Origin: Macrostomum lignano
Taxonomy: Eukaryota
DNA: 64,000 nucleotides
Direction of reading: 5' to 3'
NCBI GenBank assembly: GCA_002269645.1
Contig: NIVC01002460.1
Coordinates: 108,161 to 172,160 of the forward strand
The notes beneath the pieces are model-generated. The model was given only the letters and a program-made list of their open reading frames with translations, made no database searches and had not been told where the DNA came from. Every line of letters starts with the position of its first letter. Position 1 is the first letter of the stretch. The position numbers and the translations under genes were made by a program. Positions 1 to 11,660 of this stretch are shown here, one piece after another.

Positions 1-50
1 CATCTGCTGGCTGCCTTCATCATGCTGCAAGAGTTCTCTTGTGCTCAAAA

Positions 51-1631
51 TTACACTCTCGGTTCCATCACCAGCTGATAGTTCTTTGGCGACCAGACCA
101 GGCCGTCGGAGCCCTCCATCAGCCTGGCGACATACTCCGGGGTCACGTCGCCCGCCAGACGAAATCGGTAGCGTCGAATGAGCTCGACAGTCACCAGAGT
201 GATCTGCAGCTCGGCCAGGCGCTCTCCCGGACACGAGCGCGGCCCGACAGAGAACGGGATGACCTCAGCCGGCTTCTTGAACTGGCCGCCGGGTCCGGTG
301 AGGAACCTGGCCGGATCGAACTGGTCTGGCGCAGCGCCGAATACTGTCGAACTGCGCAGGGCCTCGCGCAGATTGGGGAAGACCCATGCGCCTGCTGGCA
401 CCCGGTAGCCTAGCACCACAATGTCCTCCTTGGCGCAGTGATTTATGGCTGTAGGCAGCGGCGGATGAAGTCGCAGCACCTCGGTGATCAGAGCGCGCAG
501 GCCCGGAGCTTCTTGGCAATCGGCAGCAGTGAGCGCACTGAGCTCCTTGAACAGCTCATCCTGGTAGTCTCCATTCCGATGAGTTGCCAAGTAGAGGAAG
601 ATCCACTTCAGACAGCTCGACGTCGTGTCAGTTGCTCCGATGAGAAGGTCAAAGATGGTCACGGCCAGGCCGCTGTCGCTGTAGTTCTCCATGCTGGCCA
701 GCTCCGCGCTGTTCACAGCCGTCTCAACGAAGAATGTCGCATCGCCGCAGCCGCTGTTGGAGAGCTGATTAGCCTGACGAATCTGGTCCTCGATGAAGCT
801 TAACAACAGTTTGATGCTGCGCTGGGCCGCTCGAGTCTTCTTCACCAGGTAGAAGAGCAAGTTGGGAAATGCCATCAGGTAGGGCAGCAGGACGGATGTG
901 GCGAAGGAGGAGTAGATATCCTTCTGCACAATGGTTTGCACAGCCTCGAGTCTGCTGGTGAAATTCTGATTGTCGGAGGCGCGCTGACCGAAAATGATGC
1001 GGAACACGATGTTGGCGGTGATGCGGGTGAACAGCTCGCTGGGGACTGGCTCCCCGGGAACCTGTTCCTCCAGGCTCAGCTGCAGCTCCTCGTGCATCAA
1101 GGACTCCAGGTTGCCCCGATGCGAGCGAATCTGCGATATGAACCGGTGCACAAACTGCCGCTGCTTCCTCCAGGCCGGGCCCTCGCCCAGGGCCAGTCCG
1201 TTGCCATTGAACAGCTTCTTGGACCACAGCCCCTGCGGCCGGCCCGACAGCGCCTCGCCGTGCTCCTTCAGCGCGTCAATGGCTTTCAAACTGTTCAATG
1301 AGACCCAGCAGTTGCCGGCTAGTTGGAAGACGAATATTTCGCCGTACAGGCGCGCACCTTCGGGCAGCCAGCGTCGGTACGGCAGCTGCATGAATGGGTA
1401 GGAGCCGACAACTGGCAGACTGGGAGGTCCGGGCAGCTCCCGTCCCGCCGGCCTGTCTGTCGCAGATTCCTCAGCAATCGATTTGCGTTTCTGTCGAAGT
1501 TTTCGACGCAGTTTGGACGCCGTGCAGCCGGCCGCGGTGAGCAGAATGGTGGAGACGAGCAGAATTTTGAGTAGGGCGATGGCTGAATCGGCTAATAACA
1601 GGTCGTACGGGTGCACGTTGAGCTGGTCCAT
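51..1631 (-). CDS. Cytochrome P450, clan 2 (CYP2-like), single exon, 526 aa
   Basis: N-terminal hydrophobic anchor then PGPPSLP hinge; I-helix IGATDTTS; K-helix EVLR; FDPARF (PERF); heme motif PFSVGPRSCPGE (FxxGxRxCxG). ATG 1631-1629, TAA 53-51, uninterrupted. Confidence 0.95.
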   Translation of the reverse strand: MDQLNVHPYDLLLADSAIALLKILLVSTILLTAAGCTASKLRRKLRQKRKSIAEESATDRPAGRELPGPPSLPVVGSYPFMQLPYRRWLPEGARLYGEIFVFQLAGNCWVSLNSLKAIDALKEHGEALSGRPQGLWSKKLFNGNGLALGEGPAWRKQRQFVHRFISQIRSHRGNLESLMHEELQLSLEEQVPGEPVPSELFTRITANIVFRIIFGQRASDNQNFTSRLEAVQTIVQKDIYSSFATSVLLPYLMAFPNLLFYLVKKTRAAQRSIKLLLSFIEDQIRQANQLSNSGCGDATFFVETAVNSAELASMENYSDSGLAVTIFDLLIGATDTTSSCLKWIFLYLATHRNGDYQDELFKELSALTAADCQEAPGLRALITEVLRLHPPLPTAINHCAKEDIVVLGYRVPAGAWVFPNLREALRSSTVFGAAPDQFDPARFLTGPGGQFKKPAEVIPFSVGPRSCPGERLAELQITLVTVELIRRYRFRLAGDVTPEYVARLMEGSDGLVWSPKNYQLVMEPRV

Positions 1632-2261
1632 GATTGCTCAAAATTTTGCAAGCTGGGTCGCACTGCAAATTATACGGGCCTTCCTTCTTGAGCTATGCGC
1701 TTAAATAGACAGGCTGGCCTCTGCCCACCTGCTGACCTTCACTGTGCGTATCGGTCGGAGCCACGTGAGCAGATTGCCTAGCGTTCGCTCGCGGTGAGCA
1801 GTAGTGGTCAGTGATTACTGAAATGAAAAAAACACACACATTCTCCCCGGCTACTCACACGACCCTACGCTATTTATCTGCGTCAGTAAGTGCTGGCGCA
1901 CCAGTTGCAGAATTGGCTTGGAGCAATGGCTAGTATTTTTAGAAATGAAGAGATAATAAAAAATTCTTTTAAACTCAACTTGATTGATTACGAAATGGAC
2001 AAACTACTGTAGAAATACGGAGGCTCTTTGGGACTCTGAAAGCATGCCTGTAAAAACCCAGGCAGGCCCCTTGAGCACCCTTGAGAACACAGTTTTTTTC
2101 GCCACAATTTCGTGCTAACCCAGCTCAACGGTCCTTCATCCCTATTTTTGAGGAGGAAGTCAAGGCGCGGTCATGCCCATTCCGCTGACCCTTCAGCACA
2201 CAATGCGCACGCTCACACAGGGTGTACAACGATCCTGACTTTCTTATTGTCAGGCGGTGTA

Positions 2262-2871
2262 CACTCAGCAACAGTCAAAACCGCCACCCTACCGAGAGAG
2301 GCGACTTCTCTCACACCTCAACTGCAAGTGACGTAACTTGCGCCACGGCGTGGCTAAAGCTGGGTGAGAGTGAATGCAGGAGAGGGCAATCAGGGGATGC
2401 AGGGGATGCCCCATCTCTTTTTTTCATTAGACGGAGCAGGGTGGCTGGCGCGGTCGGAGTTCGCCTAACAATCCGCAGCAGACGTCGATTTGCCCTGGCT
2501 GTTGAGCCGCGGAGATCATGGCGCTGGCTGCCTATGGCTGCGTGCTGAACACTACCAGTCTCTTGGGACTTCGTTAACAGCGCTCGAATTGTTGAACGTG
2601 ATCGGCCAGATTGGCGAGCAACTGCACTGATGGATGCACCAGCATCTAGCATGCCAACAGCGCGCCATCGTTCAGCGTCTGTCATATGCCTGACTATTGT
2701 CACGTGTACTGTTGCACCCCCAACCCCAACCCGTTCCCTTTGTACTCTCACCCTGGAATTCACTCTCACCCAGCTTTAGCCACGCCGTGGCGCAAGTTAC
2801 GTCACTTGCAGTTGAGGTGAGAGAGAAGTCACCTCTCTCGGTAGGGTGGCGGTTTTGACTGTTGCTGAGTA
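2262..2871 (-). mobile_element. Tc1/mariner internal-deletion derivative (610 bp)
   Basis: ~120-bp inverted repeats (2262-2380 and 2752-2871; CACTCAGCAACAGTCAAAACCGCC...), TA on both sides (2260-61, 2872-73). The minus-strand interior encodes a Tc1/Tc3-type N-terminal HTH (MTDAERWRAVGMLDAG...ARQSGRSRSTIRALLTKSQETGSV). No DDE domain. Confidence 0.85.
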
Positions 2872-3440
2872 TACATACGTCTCTCTGTCCATTGTTAGTC
2901 GAACTACATGGGAGCTCGTTGTTTGTATGGACTACTAAGAGCACGATATATCTTATTCTGCAAAACTATTCGTTGATTTCCGGCCCTAAAACTGCCAAAC
3001 ATTTGAAGTTTGAGTGCTGAAAAATGTCATAGATGCTTTCTTTGCGGAAAAGTTGACTCAACTTTCTTAAAATTATAAATTTATACGATTGTGAACTGTG
3101 GACGTAAAAATGCTGAACTGACTGTAGGACCAGTGCACTTGAAAGTGACTCAAATTTTCTTAACGAATCGTGGAGCTGCCCCTGAAGGTGAGTGACAGGT
3201 AAGTAATTGATAAAATCTTGCTTACAATCACAGTAATTACAGCACAGAGTACCGAAGAAGAACTTAAAATCAAACTTAAAGTGGGGCCTGCTTGGCATAT
3301 GCGCCCGCGTTTGCCAACCAAAGCAACCCCTCACGCATGGGTGCCAACTTTGCACCCGAATCTGTGTCTGATTAAAGTTTAATAGCACTCTACTGAGGCA
3401 CTCGCTGGTTCAGCATTAAGAGAAACTACTTTAATACTAG

Positions 3441-4270
3441 GATGCTTACTGCAAGACCAAGATGCTTACTGCAAGACCAAGATGCTTACTGCAAGACCAA
3501 GATGCTTACTGCAAGACCAAGCTGCTTACTGCAAGACCAAGCTGCTTGCTGCAAGACCAAGATGCTTAATTTACTGCAATACCAAGTCAAGGATGCTCAC
3601 AACAAGTCGATGATGCTCACAGCAAGTCAATGATGCTCACATGCTCACAGCAAGTCGATGATGCTCACAGCAAGTCAACGATGCTCACAGCAAGTCAACG
3701 ATGCTCACAGCAAGTCAATGATCCTCACAGCAAGTCAATGATCCTCACAGCAAGTCAATGATGCTCACAGCAAGTCGATGATGCTCACAGCAAGTCAACG
3801 ATGCTCACAGCAAGTCAACGATGCTCACAGCAAGTCAATGATCCTCACAGCAAGTGAATGATGCTCACAGCAAGTCAACGATGCTCACAGCAAGTCAACG
3901 ATGCTCACAGCAAGTCAATGATGCTCACAGCAAGTGAATGATGCTCACAGCAAGTCAATGATGCTCACAGCAAGTCAATGATCCTCACAGCAAGTGAATG
4001 ATGCTCACAGCAAGTCAATGATGCTCACAGCAAGTCAATGATCCTCACAGCAAGTCAACGATGCTCACAGCAAGTGAATGATGCTCACAGCAAGTCAATG
4101 ATGCTCACAGCAAGTCAATGATCCTCACGGCAAGTCAATGATGCTCACAGCAAGTCAATGATGCTCACAGCAAGCCAATGATCCTCACAGCAAGTCAATG
4201 ATGCTCACAGCAAGTCAATGATGCTCACAGCAAGTCAATGATGCTCACAGCAAGTCAATGATGTTTACTG
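3441..4270. repeat. Two adjacent related 20-bp minisatellites (GATGCTTACTGCAAGACCAA ~6x; ATGCTCACAGCAAGTCAATG ~33x)
   Basis: Tandem periodicity read directly. Confidence 0.95.
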
Positions 4271-6768
4271 TAAGTCTAAGATTATCACTACAAGGCTCTC
4301 CAAATCACTGCAAGTAAGACACAAGGACAACTAAAGTGACATATAACTTTAGTAGTCCTTGGTAAGACATTAAACCATTAGACACAGAGTAACACATTAG
4401 AGCCGTACAAGTGCAGCTGCACTTTGCTTACTTGAAACTCAGACTTATTGCGCCTTCATAACGAAGCTTCACTACTGCTACGTCATTTAGGACAGGCTTT
4501 TAATCTGCATGCCAATCAAGCGCTATCAAATCTCTGCAGCTAGGGGTGCAATGATAGTAACCACGGTAACCACGGTAAATCAGTGATATCTGGTTTATTC
4601 AATATATTAAGGTACAAGTATAACTGCCGCGTGGAAAGAACTTTGAAATGTTTGTATGTAATGCCAATTTGTTGGTTGAGTGCATACGTATACTCATGCG
4701 CATTCGTGCTTATATCTGCGTGGATGTCAAGGCTCATGGAATTTTTTTGAAATTCTGTGACTCAAGGGGGATTTCTGACACTTCAAGGCTTATGGGCGGT
4801 TGCTCAGCTGATTTAAGCCAAAGTTCAAAGCGGATGCTGATATCTAGGCTAGATAGCACTGGCTTTCAGGGTAGATGCTTTATTTGCTCGAAACATTTTT
4901 TTCCTTAAAAAATTAGCAATATAGTGACTGTACAAGTTGACAAGGTCTAAACTTTTACCTGCATTATTATTCCTTAAAGCAACTAGTATAGCACTTAGCA
5001 CATGACGTGAATTCTACGAACTAGTTCATACATGTACCTACATGTACGATCGCGATGCTGATCCACCTCCAAGTGGATAGCGAACGGCGCGATTGTACAA
5101 ATTACATGCAAGCCATCAGATGCAGTAACTAATTAAGGGTTCGCTGTAATTATACTGAGTTCTGCTAGCGGATTCAGGGCGTCAAGGGGGGTTTGCTTGT
5201 TGGCTGACGACCCAATTAGATCACTGTACAAACGTATTTGTACCACTGCAGCTGTACCTTGAGTAGTCCTTAGAAGCTGGATGATAGGAATTCAAGGGGT
5301 ACTTCTAAGTTTTCTTTTGTTTGCCTCGTTCTGCCTGCCTTTACATTGGATAATTGTTGGGTTTGCCTATTTTCTCAGGGGTTCAGCCCAAGGACCACCA
5401 CTGTAATACTAGGACTACATATGTGCATGTTTCTATACTTAAGGAGAAGGAAATGTGGCTGGTGGCTGCCCCTGATAATCAATCAATTAATAAGACAAAT
5501 TAAATTTTTTAATTCTGTGTGCTAATAATTTGTTCCAGCCCCAGAAATTATTTTACTTCTCCGGTACCACCTTGTTTGTGTTTAATTACAATGTAGTCAA
5601 TTTTCTGACTCAGCCTACTTTACTCATTAGCTACTAGCACCGCGGCTCCGCCAAATCAACTCTCGTAGAAGAAATAATCAAAATTTTATAATTTTCTTAA
5701 GCCTGCTCAACAAATATTAATAAATAAGTAACAAGTTGCACCTTATTATTCGTTGATCCATAAGCCATAGCCTATCTTGAGTTATTTGTCCGTGGGACGT
5801 AAAACAACAAAAGTTCTCAACTCAAAGAAAGCTCTGAGACTAATTTCGTTCCGAATACGAGAATTACGGTTGGTGGCAGCTCTACCCTACTGATAGTAAA
5901 CCAGCTTAACAAATCGACGCATTAATTTACGGTGACAGAATCTTCGGTGTCTACCATTTGAACAACCGTGCCGCTAAACGACCGCTCAGCTACGATTGCG
6001 ACTACCCTCCCCCCGGACTTGAGACCCCGGCAGTCGGAGTAAAACAGGAGAAAATTTCGTTCTGATTCGTCTGCGATTTCCGGATTTATTCGTGCGAACG
6101 CAACGCCGGCGGAATTTAAAAGTTGAAACCGCCCCACCTCATTAGTGTCAGCAACCGACCTTATTATTCCCAATCTCATTATTTTTTCTCCGCAACCACC
6201 TCAGAAACATAGCGGGATCACTATGTTTCTTAGAAAATGTTTGAGGCAGATTTTTTTCCAAAAAATACACTACGGAAATAGGAAGTTTTCTTCTTGTAGC
6301 ACAAAAATTGTAATTGCTTTCGATAGGAGGCAGACTACCACTTGAATAAACCTCGCCAGCGTCAATATTGCACAATTTTAAAACGATTATTTCATTTAAA
6401 AATTAGCTAAGAGCAAAGTTATATAGTCTTTTTCTAAACTAAATTGTTAGCATATTTTAAAATTGTTAAGCATAAAATCTCATATTTGTTATAATTTGTA
6501 GTTTATAATGTCTACGATTTTCAACGGTTTCAAATCTCGAATTTCTTGTGTTTTTACTGATCACCTGATTGAATAAGATAAATTTTTCGCCACAAATTGC
6601 AATCTAACCGCCTAAACTACGAACGAAAATTGTAAAAATGTAAAATACATCATTATAAAAATGGTACAAAAACAATGTATTGTAGCAGTTGTAACAATAT
6701 TGTAACAATGATTCTTATTCTTATTACATTTAACAATTATGATATGATAACAATGCAATGCCTAACAT

Positions 6769-6822
6769 TGTCGCCGAAGTGACTGTCGCCGAAATGTCTT
6801 GTCGCCGAAGTGACTGGTAGCC
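6769..6822. repeat. Solo transposon-end-like motif (TGTCGCCGAAGTGAC x3)
   Basis: Three short direct repeats built like the subterminal repeats of the element at 7437-8158; no partner end found. Confidence 0.4.
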
Positions 6823-7381
6823 TCGTTTTTACATTTGGCTTTATCTTCATTTTTAGGCTCCTTCAATCAGATTAGGTTTAAATGACTTTTGACTTAAGCA
6901 TGGCTAATGGCTTTTGTTTGTCTTTTGATTTTTTGTCAACGTCAACAGTCAGCAGTCACCCAAGTCCAAGACAGTCAAGACCAAAAAACTTTTTAATGCT
7001 TTAAAATGTTCAAGAATCAAAACTTCCAACTACTAACTATCTATATTTATCTTAACAAAAGTAGCACTAAATAAAAAAAAATAGATGGTTTTTTTGCAGC
7101 AAATACACTACTCTTTGCACCATTAGGCTTATATGCTTTATTACTTTATTTCTGGGTTAGGTTGTGTTGGACACAATACTCAATAGCAAACAAACTATAT
7201 ACCCTAACAGGGACTTTTGGTAGACAAATTGACAACAAACAAAATGACCTGCACCTTTTTATCAATATCAATCATAGTAATTGCTTTCTAAAAAGGATAT
7301 TAAAGCATATAAATTTCTAGTTTACTATTTATTATATTTAGTTTATATGCAAGTAGCATTAATACTAATAGGCCTAATTAT

Positions 7382-8721
7382 TAGTGTTCTACTGTAAGGA
7401 AGGTCTATATACTGTAGCCGTAGCCATAAGCAGAACGGTAACAGTCCACTTTGGTAACAGCCATTTCGGTAATAGCCACTTTGGTAACAAGTGATAATAA
7501 TATATAAAATGTATTAATTGATAGGTCTGTGCTCCAAAAGAATGTGCAAACTTTGAAGAAAGAATGACAACAACAACGCAGGTATGCATTTGTTTAAGTT
7601 GTTTAAAAATGTTTTAACTGATCTATTTAACTTTTGGATGAGTCAAAAACATGTATGCATGCACCCAAGACATCTTGTAATTGACCAAATATTGTGTACC
7701 ATGTACATTAGAATCTCTGATCTAGTTAGTGAATAGTGACTTGATACTACAGAATCTACTTTCTTTATTAATACTTCTTATTACTTTCTTTACTTTATTA
7801 GTTATTTAAAATATTTAAAATATTTTTTTTCAATTTCAATGTATGGCCAGGCAGGCCAGCTCGCGCGCGGTTTGCTTAATTTTTTTTGCCTTTAAATTTT
7901 TCACAAAGTTAACATGCAAGTTTAAGCAAAGTATAACACAGTTTAACTAGAAAGTTTAACGATATGTGACAATAAGATATTTAAGATGTTAATTAAACTA
8001 ACTATAGCAAACCTAATTATTATAAAAATAAAGTGTTGACAGTCATAAATTTGCATTACTGAAGTAGCTATTACCAAAATGGCTGTTACCAAAGTGGTCA
8101 TTTTTTGTTACCAAAGTGGCTATTACCGAAATGGCTATTACCGAAGTAGATTGTATTCAGCAGAACTATGGCTTATTCCAATTCTCCATAGAACCATATT
8201 CCCATTGTTCCTATAGCCATAGCTGTAGTTTTAACAAAAAGTCTAGAAAACAAAATATTTGAATCACTTAGTGTTTAAACAACTAGAAAATTAAGTTAGA
8301 AAATGAAAAAACACTTAATTGACTTTGTAAGATTATATTTCATCTTTTTACAAAGCAACAATACTTAATCACTACTGAGAGTACTTATTCTGAACTTTTT
8401 CATATTAAGAAAAATTAGAGTTTGCTAGTTTTTTATTGTAGCTTACTCTATTAGGTATATTCTATAAGTTTCTAACTTGATAATACAGTTTACTAAAGTA
8501 TCTTTGTTTTACTCTACCTGTTTCTAGTATTTTTCATTTTTTTAAATTAATAACTATGGCTATAGGAAGCTACAAAATATGACAACAGCTACCATATTTC
8601 CATAGTTATAGCCATAAGAGCAGCTAGTTACCATAGGCATATCTGTAGCTGACATAGGCACCTATTTTACCATATTTGTGTGGGATCCTGTAGCTGTAGC
8701 TACGGCTATAGTGGAACACTA
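7382..8721. mobile_element. hAT-like non-autonomous element (host of a nested insertion)
   Basis: Termini TAGTGTTC... / ...GAACACTA; exact 8-bp TSD CTAATTAT at 7374-7381 and 8722-8729; recurring TAGCCATAG/CTATGGCTA subterminal motifs. Confidence 0.8.
7437..8158. mobile_element. MULE-like MITE nested in the hAT-like element (722 bp)
   Basis: Inverted subterminal repeats (CACTTTGGTAACAGCCATTTCGGTAATAGCC versus its reverse complement at 8107-8145); G...C termini; exact 8-bp TSD AGCAGAAC at 7429-7436 and 8159-8166. The superfamily call is inference. Confidence 0.75.
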
Positions 8722-9630
8722 CTAATTATAATATAAACTATAAATAATGCATTGTTAGGGCCTATCCACCATTTTTTATAAAAAGTAGATAAACTTATAA
8801 CTATCATATTTTATTTTAAAAAGCATGTTTTATTACTCTATTGATTTTTAAAGCTCTATTATTATCAATGTTTTTAATTAGACTAGTCAAAAATCATATT
8901 TGGCAATATTTTTTATATAAAAATTTATTATTATAAAATCATTTTTGATTGTATTATTCAAACAACATTATTCTTTTTAATATAACAAATTTAGGCTAAG
9001 GGCTAAAAGAAACTATATAATGGACTAGTTTCTAGTTTTTTTAATTAGTATATTAGGCTTCTAGTCTATTTTAAAATCATCCAAATTTTCCTATATCAAC
9101 ATTTGTAACCATATCAATTTTTTAATGTTTATGTTTGTATATAGAGCTAATTTATTTTTTATAACATAACTTTAGAAATGCTAAATTCAATGGTAATAAT
9201 TATATTATCTTAACTTATACCCCTATCATCCTAACTACACAAAAATATATAGTATTGAAAATCTATTGTTTAAATTCCTAAACTCTGTACTTAAGGTAAG
9301 GGTTCTCATTACAAAGGCTTTGACACTAGCAGTATGAACTCATTCTTATTATCTTATTGCTTCTATAAAATCCAGGGCTCTAATGATCTTTTTTGAGTCT
9401 TTTAACTCTATCATTGATTATCTAATATTAACAGATATAAGAAATTTTTTCTTGTACCTATATTTGTATACATTAATCTTTAATTATATTACATTTGTCT
9501 AATACAAACTCAACAGAGCACCACTTCAAACTCTTCATTTATGCTATTTAGCATCTAGCCATCCAGCATCATCTTTTACTCATCAATAGTAGTGAAATCT
9601 AATATAATTAAAAAAACCGCACTCAAAGAC

Positions 9631-10200
9631 ATGGCCAGTAGCAACACTAACAGCTCTAAGACCCTCACCACTGTCGAGGATCACGATGGCTGGACGCTGG
9701 TCAACTATGATGACATTAGCGACAATGTTGACGAAGGCTTCCTGCTGGCTGGCGGCGCCAGCGGTGGCAATCGAAGCGACAGCAGCAGCTCCGCCGAGGT
9801 GCTGAAATCGCCAACTCCGACTTCCGGCATCGACGCCAATGACGATGAAGTCGAAGGCCAGCCGGAAGCATCGCCGGCGGGCAACCAGGAGCCGGCTCCT
9901 GCTGCAACTGCTCGCGCTGTTGTGGCCGCAGCCGCCGCTGCCAGCGGTCACCGGGCCGCGGTCGCCGCCTCGTCTTCGTCGAGTTCATCATCGGCTGTGG
10001 CACTGTGCCATTCGGCTGCCTCCAGGGCTGCCAGCCGCACCCGAGCCAAGCTGGAGCTGAGCCGGGCCAGCCTGGCCCGCAGGAACCAGGTGGCCACCCT
10101 GCGCTGCTCAGCCGGAAGCGGCGCCTCCGCTAAGCGCCAAATGAAAATGCGCGGCACCGTCAAGTGCCCGCAGGCCCGCTCCGCTTCTAAAAAGTGCTGA
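9631..10200 (+). CDS. Small acidic, Ala/Ser-rich protein with an N-terminal LIR motif; TP53INP/DOR-like autophagy regulator candidate (189 aa)
   Basis: GC-rich ORF island in AT-rich DNA; ATG 9631 in GACATGG context (the track's 9592 start is GTG); EDHDGWTLV fits an acidic W-x-x-V LIR; C-terminal LSRASLARRNQV resembles TP53INP1 LSRNSLRRQNL followed by a basic tail. Confidence 0.6.
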   Translation: MASSNTNSSKTLTTVEDHDGWTLVNYDDISDNVDEGFLLAGGASGGNRSDSSSSAEVLKSPTPTSGIDANDDEVEGQPEASPAGNQEPAPAATARAVVAAAAAASGHRAAVAASSSSSSSSAVALCHSAASRAASRTRAKLELSRASLARRNQVATLRCSAGSGASAKRQMKMRGTVKCPQARSASKKC

Positions 10201-10275
10201 ATGAACTTTTCATAGCTCAATTGTGAGCTAGCTGGGGGCTATCTGACCCTGCTGGGAGTTTGTAAGTGTAACCAC

Positions 10276-11203
10276 TAGAGATGTTCCGAAAGCGAATTTT
10301 CTGTCGAAATCGAAATCGAAATCGAAATTCGCTACTTTCCGAAATCGAAATCGAAATCGAAATTTTCCGAAATCGTAATTCAGAAAAACAAAGTTTAGTA
10401 CAACCGACACTCACTTTTCTACTTTCGATTTACTGCTCATGCAAAACAAAATACATGTATGTTTAGCAGAAGTTCGTTTATTTTCGGCCACTAAATAAGT
10501 AGAATCCCTCATTGCCACTTTTAAATGCAAAATTTTTTTTCGACGCGAAAACTACATATACTGTAAATGTGTTAAGTAATTTATTTGAACTAGTGCCTTT
10601 AAAAGAAACACTAAGGCGCGTATATTGCATATATTACTAGACGGTATTAAAGCACGGCAGCCTTTTCCCTGCTAGACAAAACAAATTTCTCTGCCTTTAT
10701 CCGTCTAGGCGGTAGGGTATAGGGTGTATACTGAGTTGTACATGTATAAAATGTACAGTTAAAATGTACATGTATCAGTACTGCATGACTAGCAATAACT
10801 GAGATCGTGTAAACGATAATGCATGTACATGTACGGTAAATGTACATATATATACTGTAAAATGCGAAAAATATGCAATATATCAGCAGACGCTTTTGCA
10901 GCTTTAAAGTGCAACAAAATTTACGAAAATTTACAGTTCCACATGTACAAACTACCATGTTACATGTCCTACATGCATGGAACAGTTTTAACAAATTCAA
11001 AAAGTTTTACATGTAAAAACTGTATAATATCACCGATAAAAGACAGTAACGAAGTTCTAAAAAAACTAAAATTAGATAAAAATTTCGGAAGTAGGCACTT
11101 CCGAAATTTTGACTTCCGAAATTTTTTCGAAATCGAAATTTGCTCTAAAAAAATCCGAATTTCGGAAAATCGAAATCGAAATCGAAATTTCGGAACATCT
11201 CTA
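10276..11203. mobile_element. hAT-type MITE (928 bp) with (GAAATC)n subterminal arrays
   Basis: TIR TAGAGATGTTCCGAAA / TTTCGGAACATCTCTA; exact 8-bp TSD GTAACCAC at 10268-10275 and 11204-11211; no coding capacity. Confidence 0.9.
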
Positions 11204-11211
11204 GTAACCAC

Positions 11212-11660
11212 CCCATGATTCTTGGGTGGCTGCCACCCCCTCCACCTCATGATCCTTGATTGGCTGTTACCCCCTCCAAAATCTCGACCCCATGATCCTT
11301 GATTGGCTGCCATCCCCTCCACCCCATGATCCTTGATTGGCTGCCACCCCTCCACCCCATGATTCTTGATTAGCTGCCACCCCCTCCACCCCATAATCCT
11401 TGGGTGGCTGCCACCCCCTCCACCTCATGATCCTTGATTGGCTGCCATCCCTCCACCCCATGATCCTTGATTGGCTGCCACCCCTCCACCCCATGACCTT
11501 TGATTGGCTGCCACCCCTCCACCCCATGACCTTTGATTGGCTGCCACCCCTCCACCCCATGGTCCTTGATTTGCCGCCACCCCTCCACCCCATTCCTTGA
11601 TTGGATGCCATCCCTCGACCTCATGATCCTCAAGTGGTCTGCCACCCTCCACCCCATGTG
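11212..11660. repeat. ~33-bp minisatellite CCCCTCCACCCCATGATCCTTGATTGGCTGCCA (family shared with 44220-45126)
   Basis: ~13 degenerate copies; source of the GWQPIKDHG ORFs. Confidence 0.95.

Noticed and set aside
39-1704. Plus-strand and alternate-frame ORFs overlapping the P450
   Set aside because: Shadow ORFs of a GC-rich coding sequence with no recognisable motifs.
1762-1767. E-box CACGTG and a TATTTAA upstream of the P450 as promoter elements
   Set aside because: Short motifs expected by chance; no TSS evidence.
4648-4908. THAP-like CSKHF motif at the end of an 86-aa ORF
   Set aside because: The upstream CxxxC, FP and W hallmarks of THAP are missing and the ORF ends immediately; probably chance.
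2966-6375. Short ORFs at 2966-3388 and 5922-6375 as genes
   Set aside because: No recognisable domain, AT-rich composition unlike the real exons, and no consistent splice chain.
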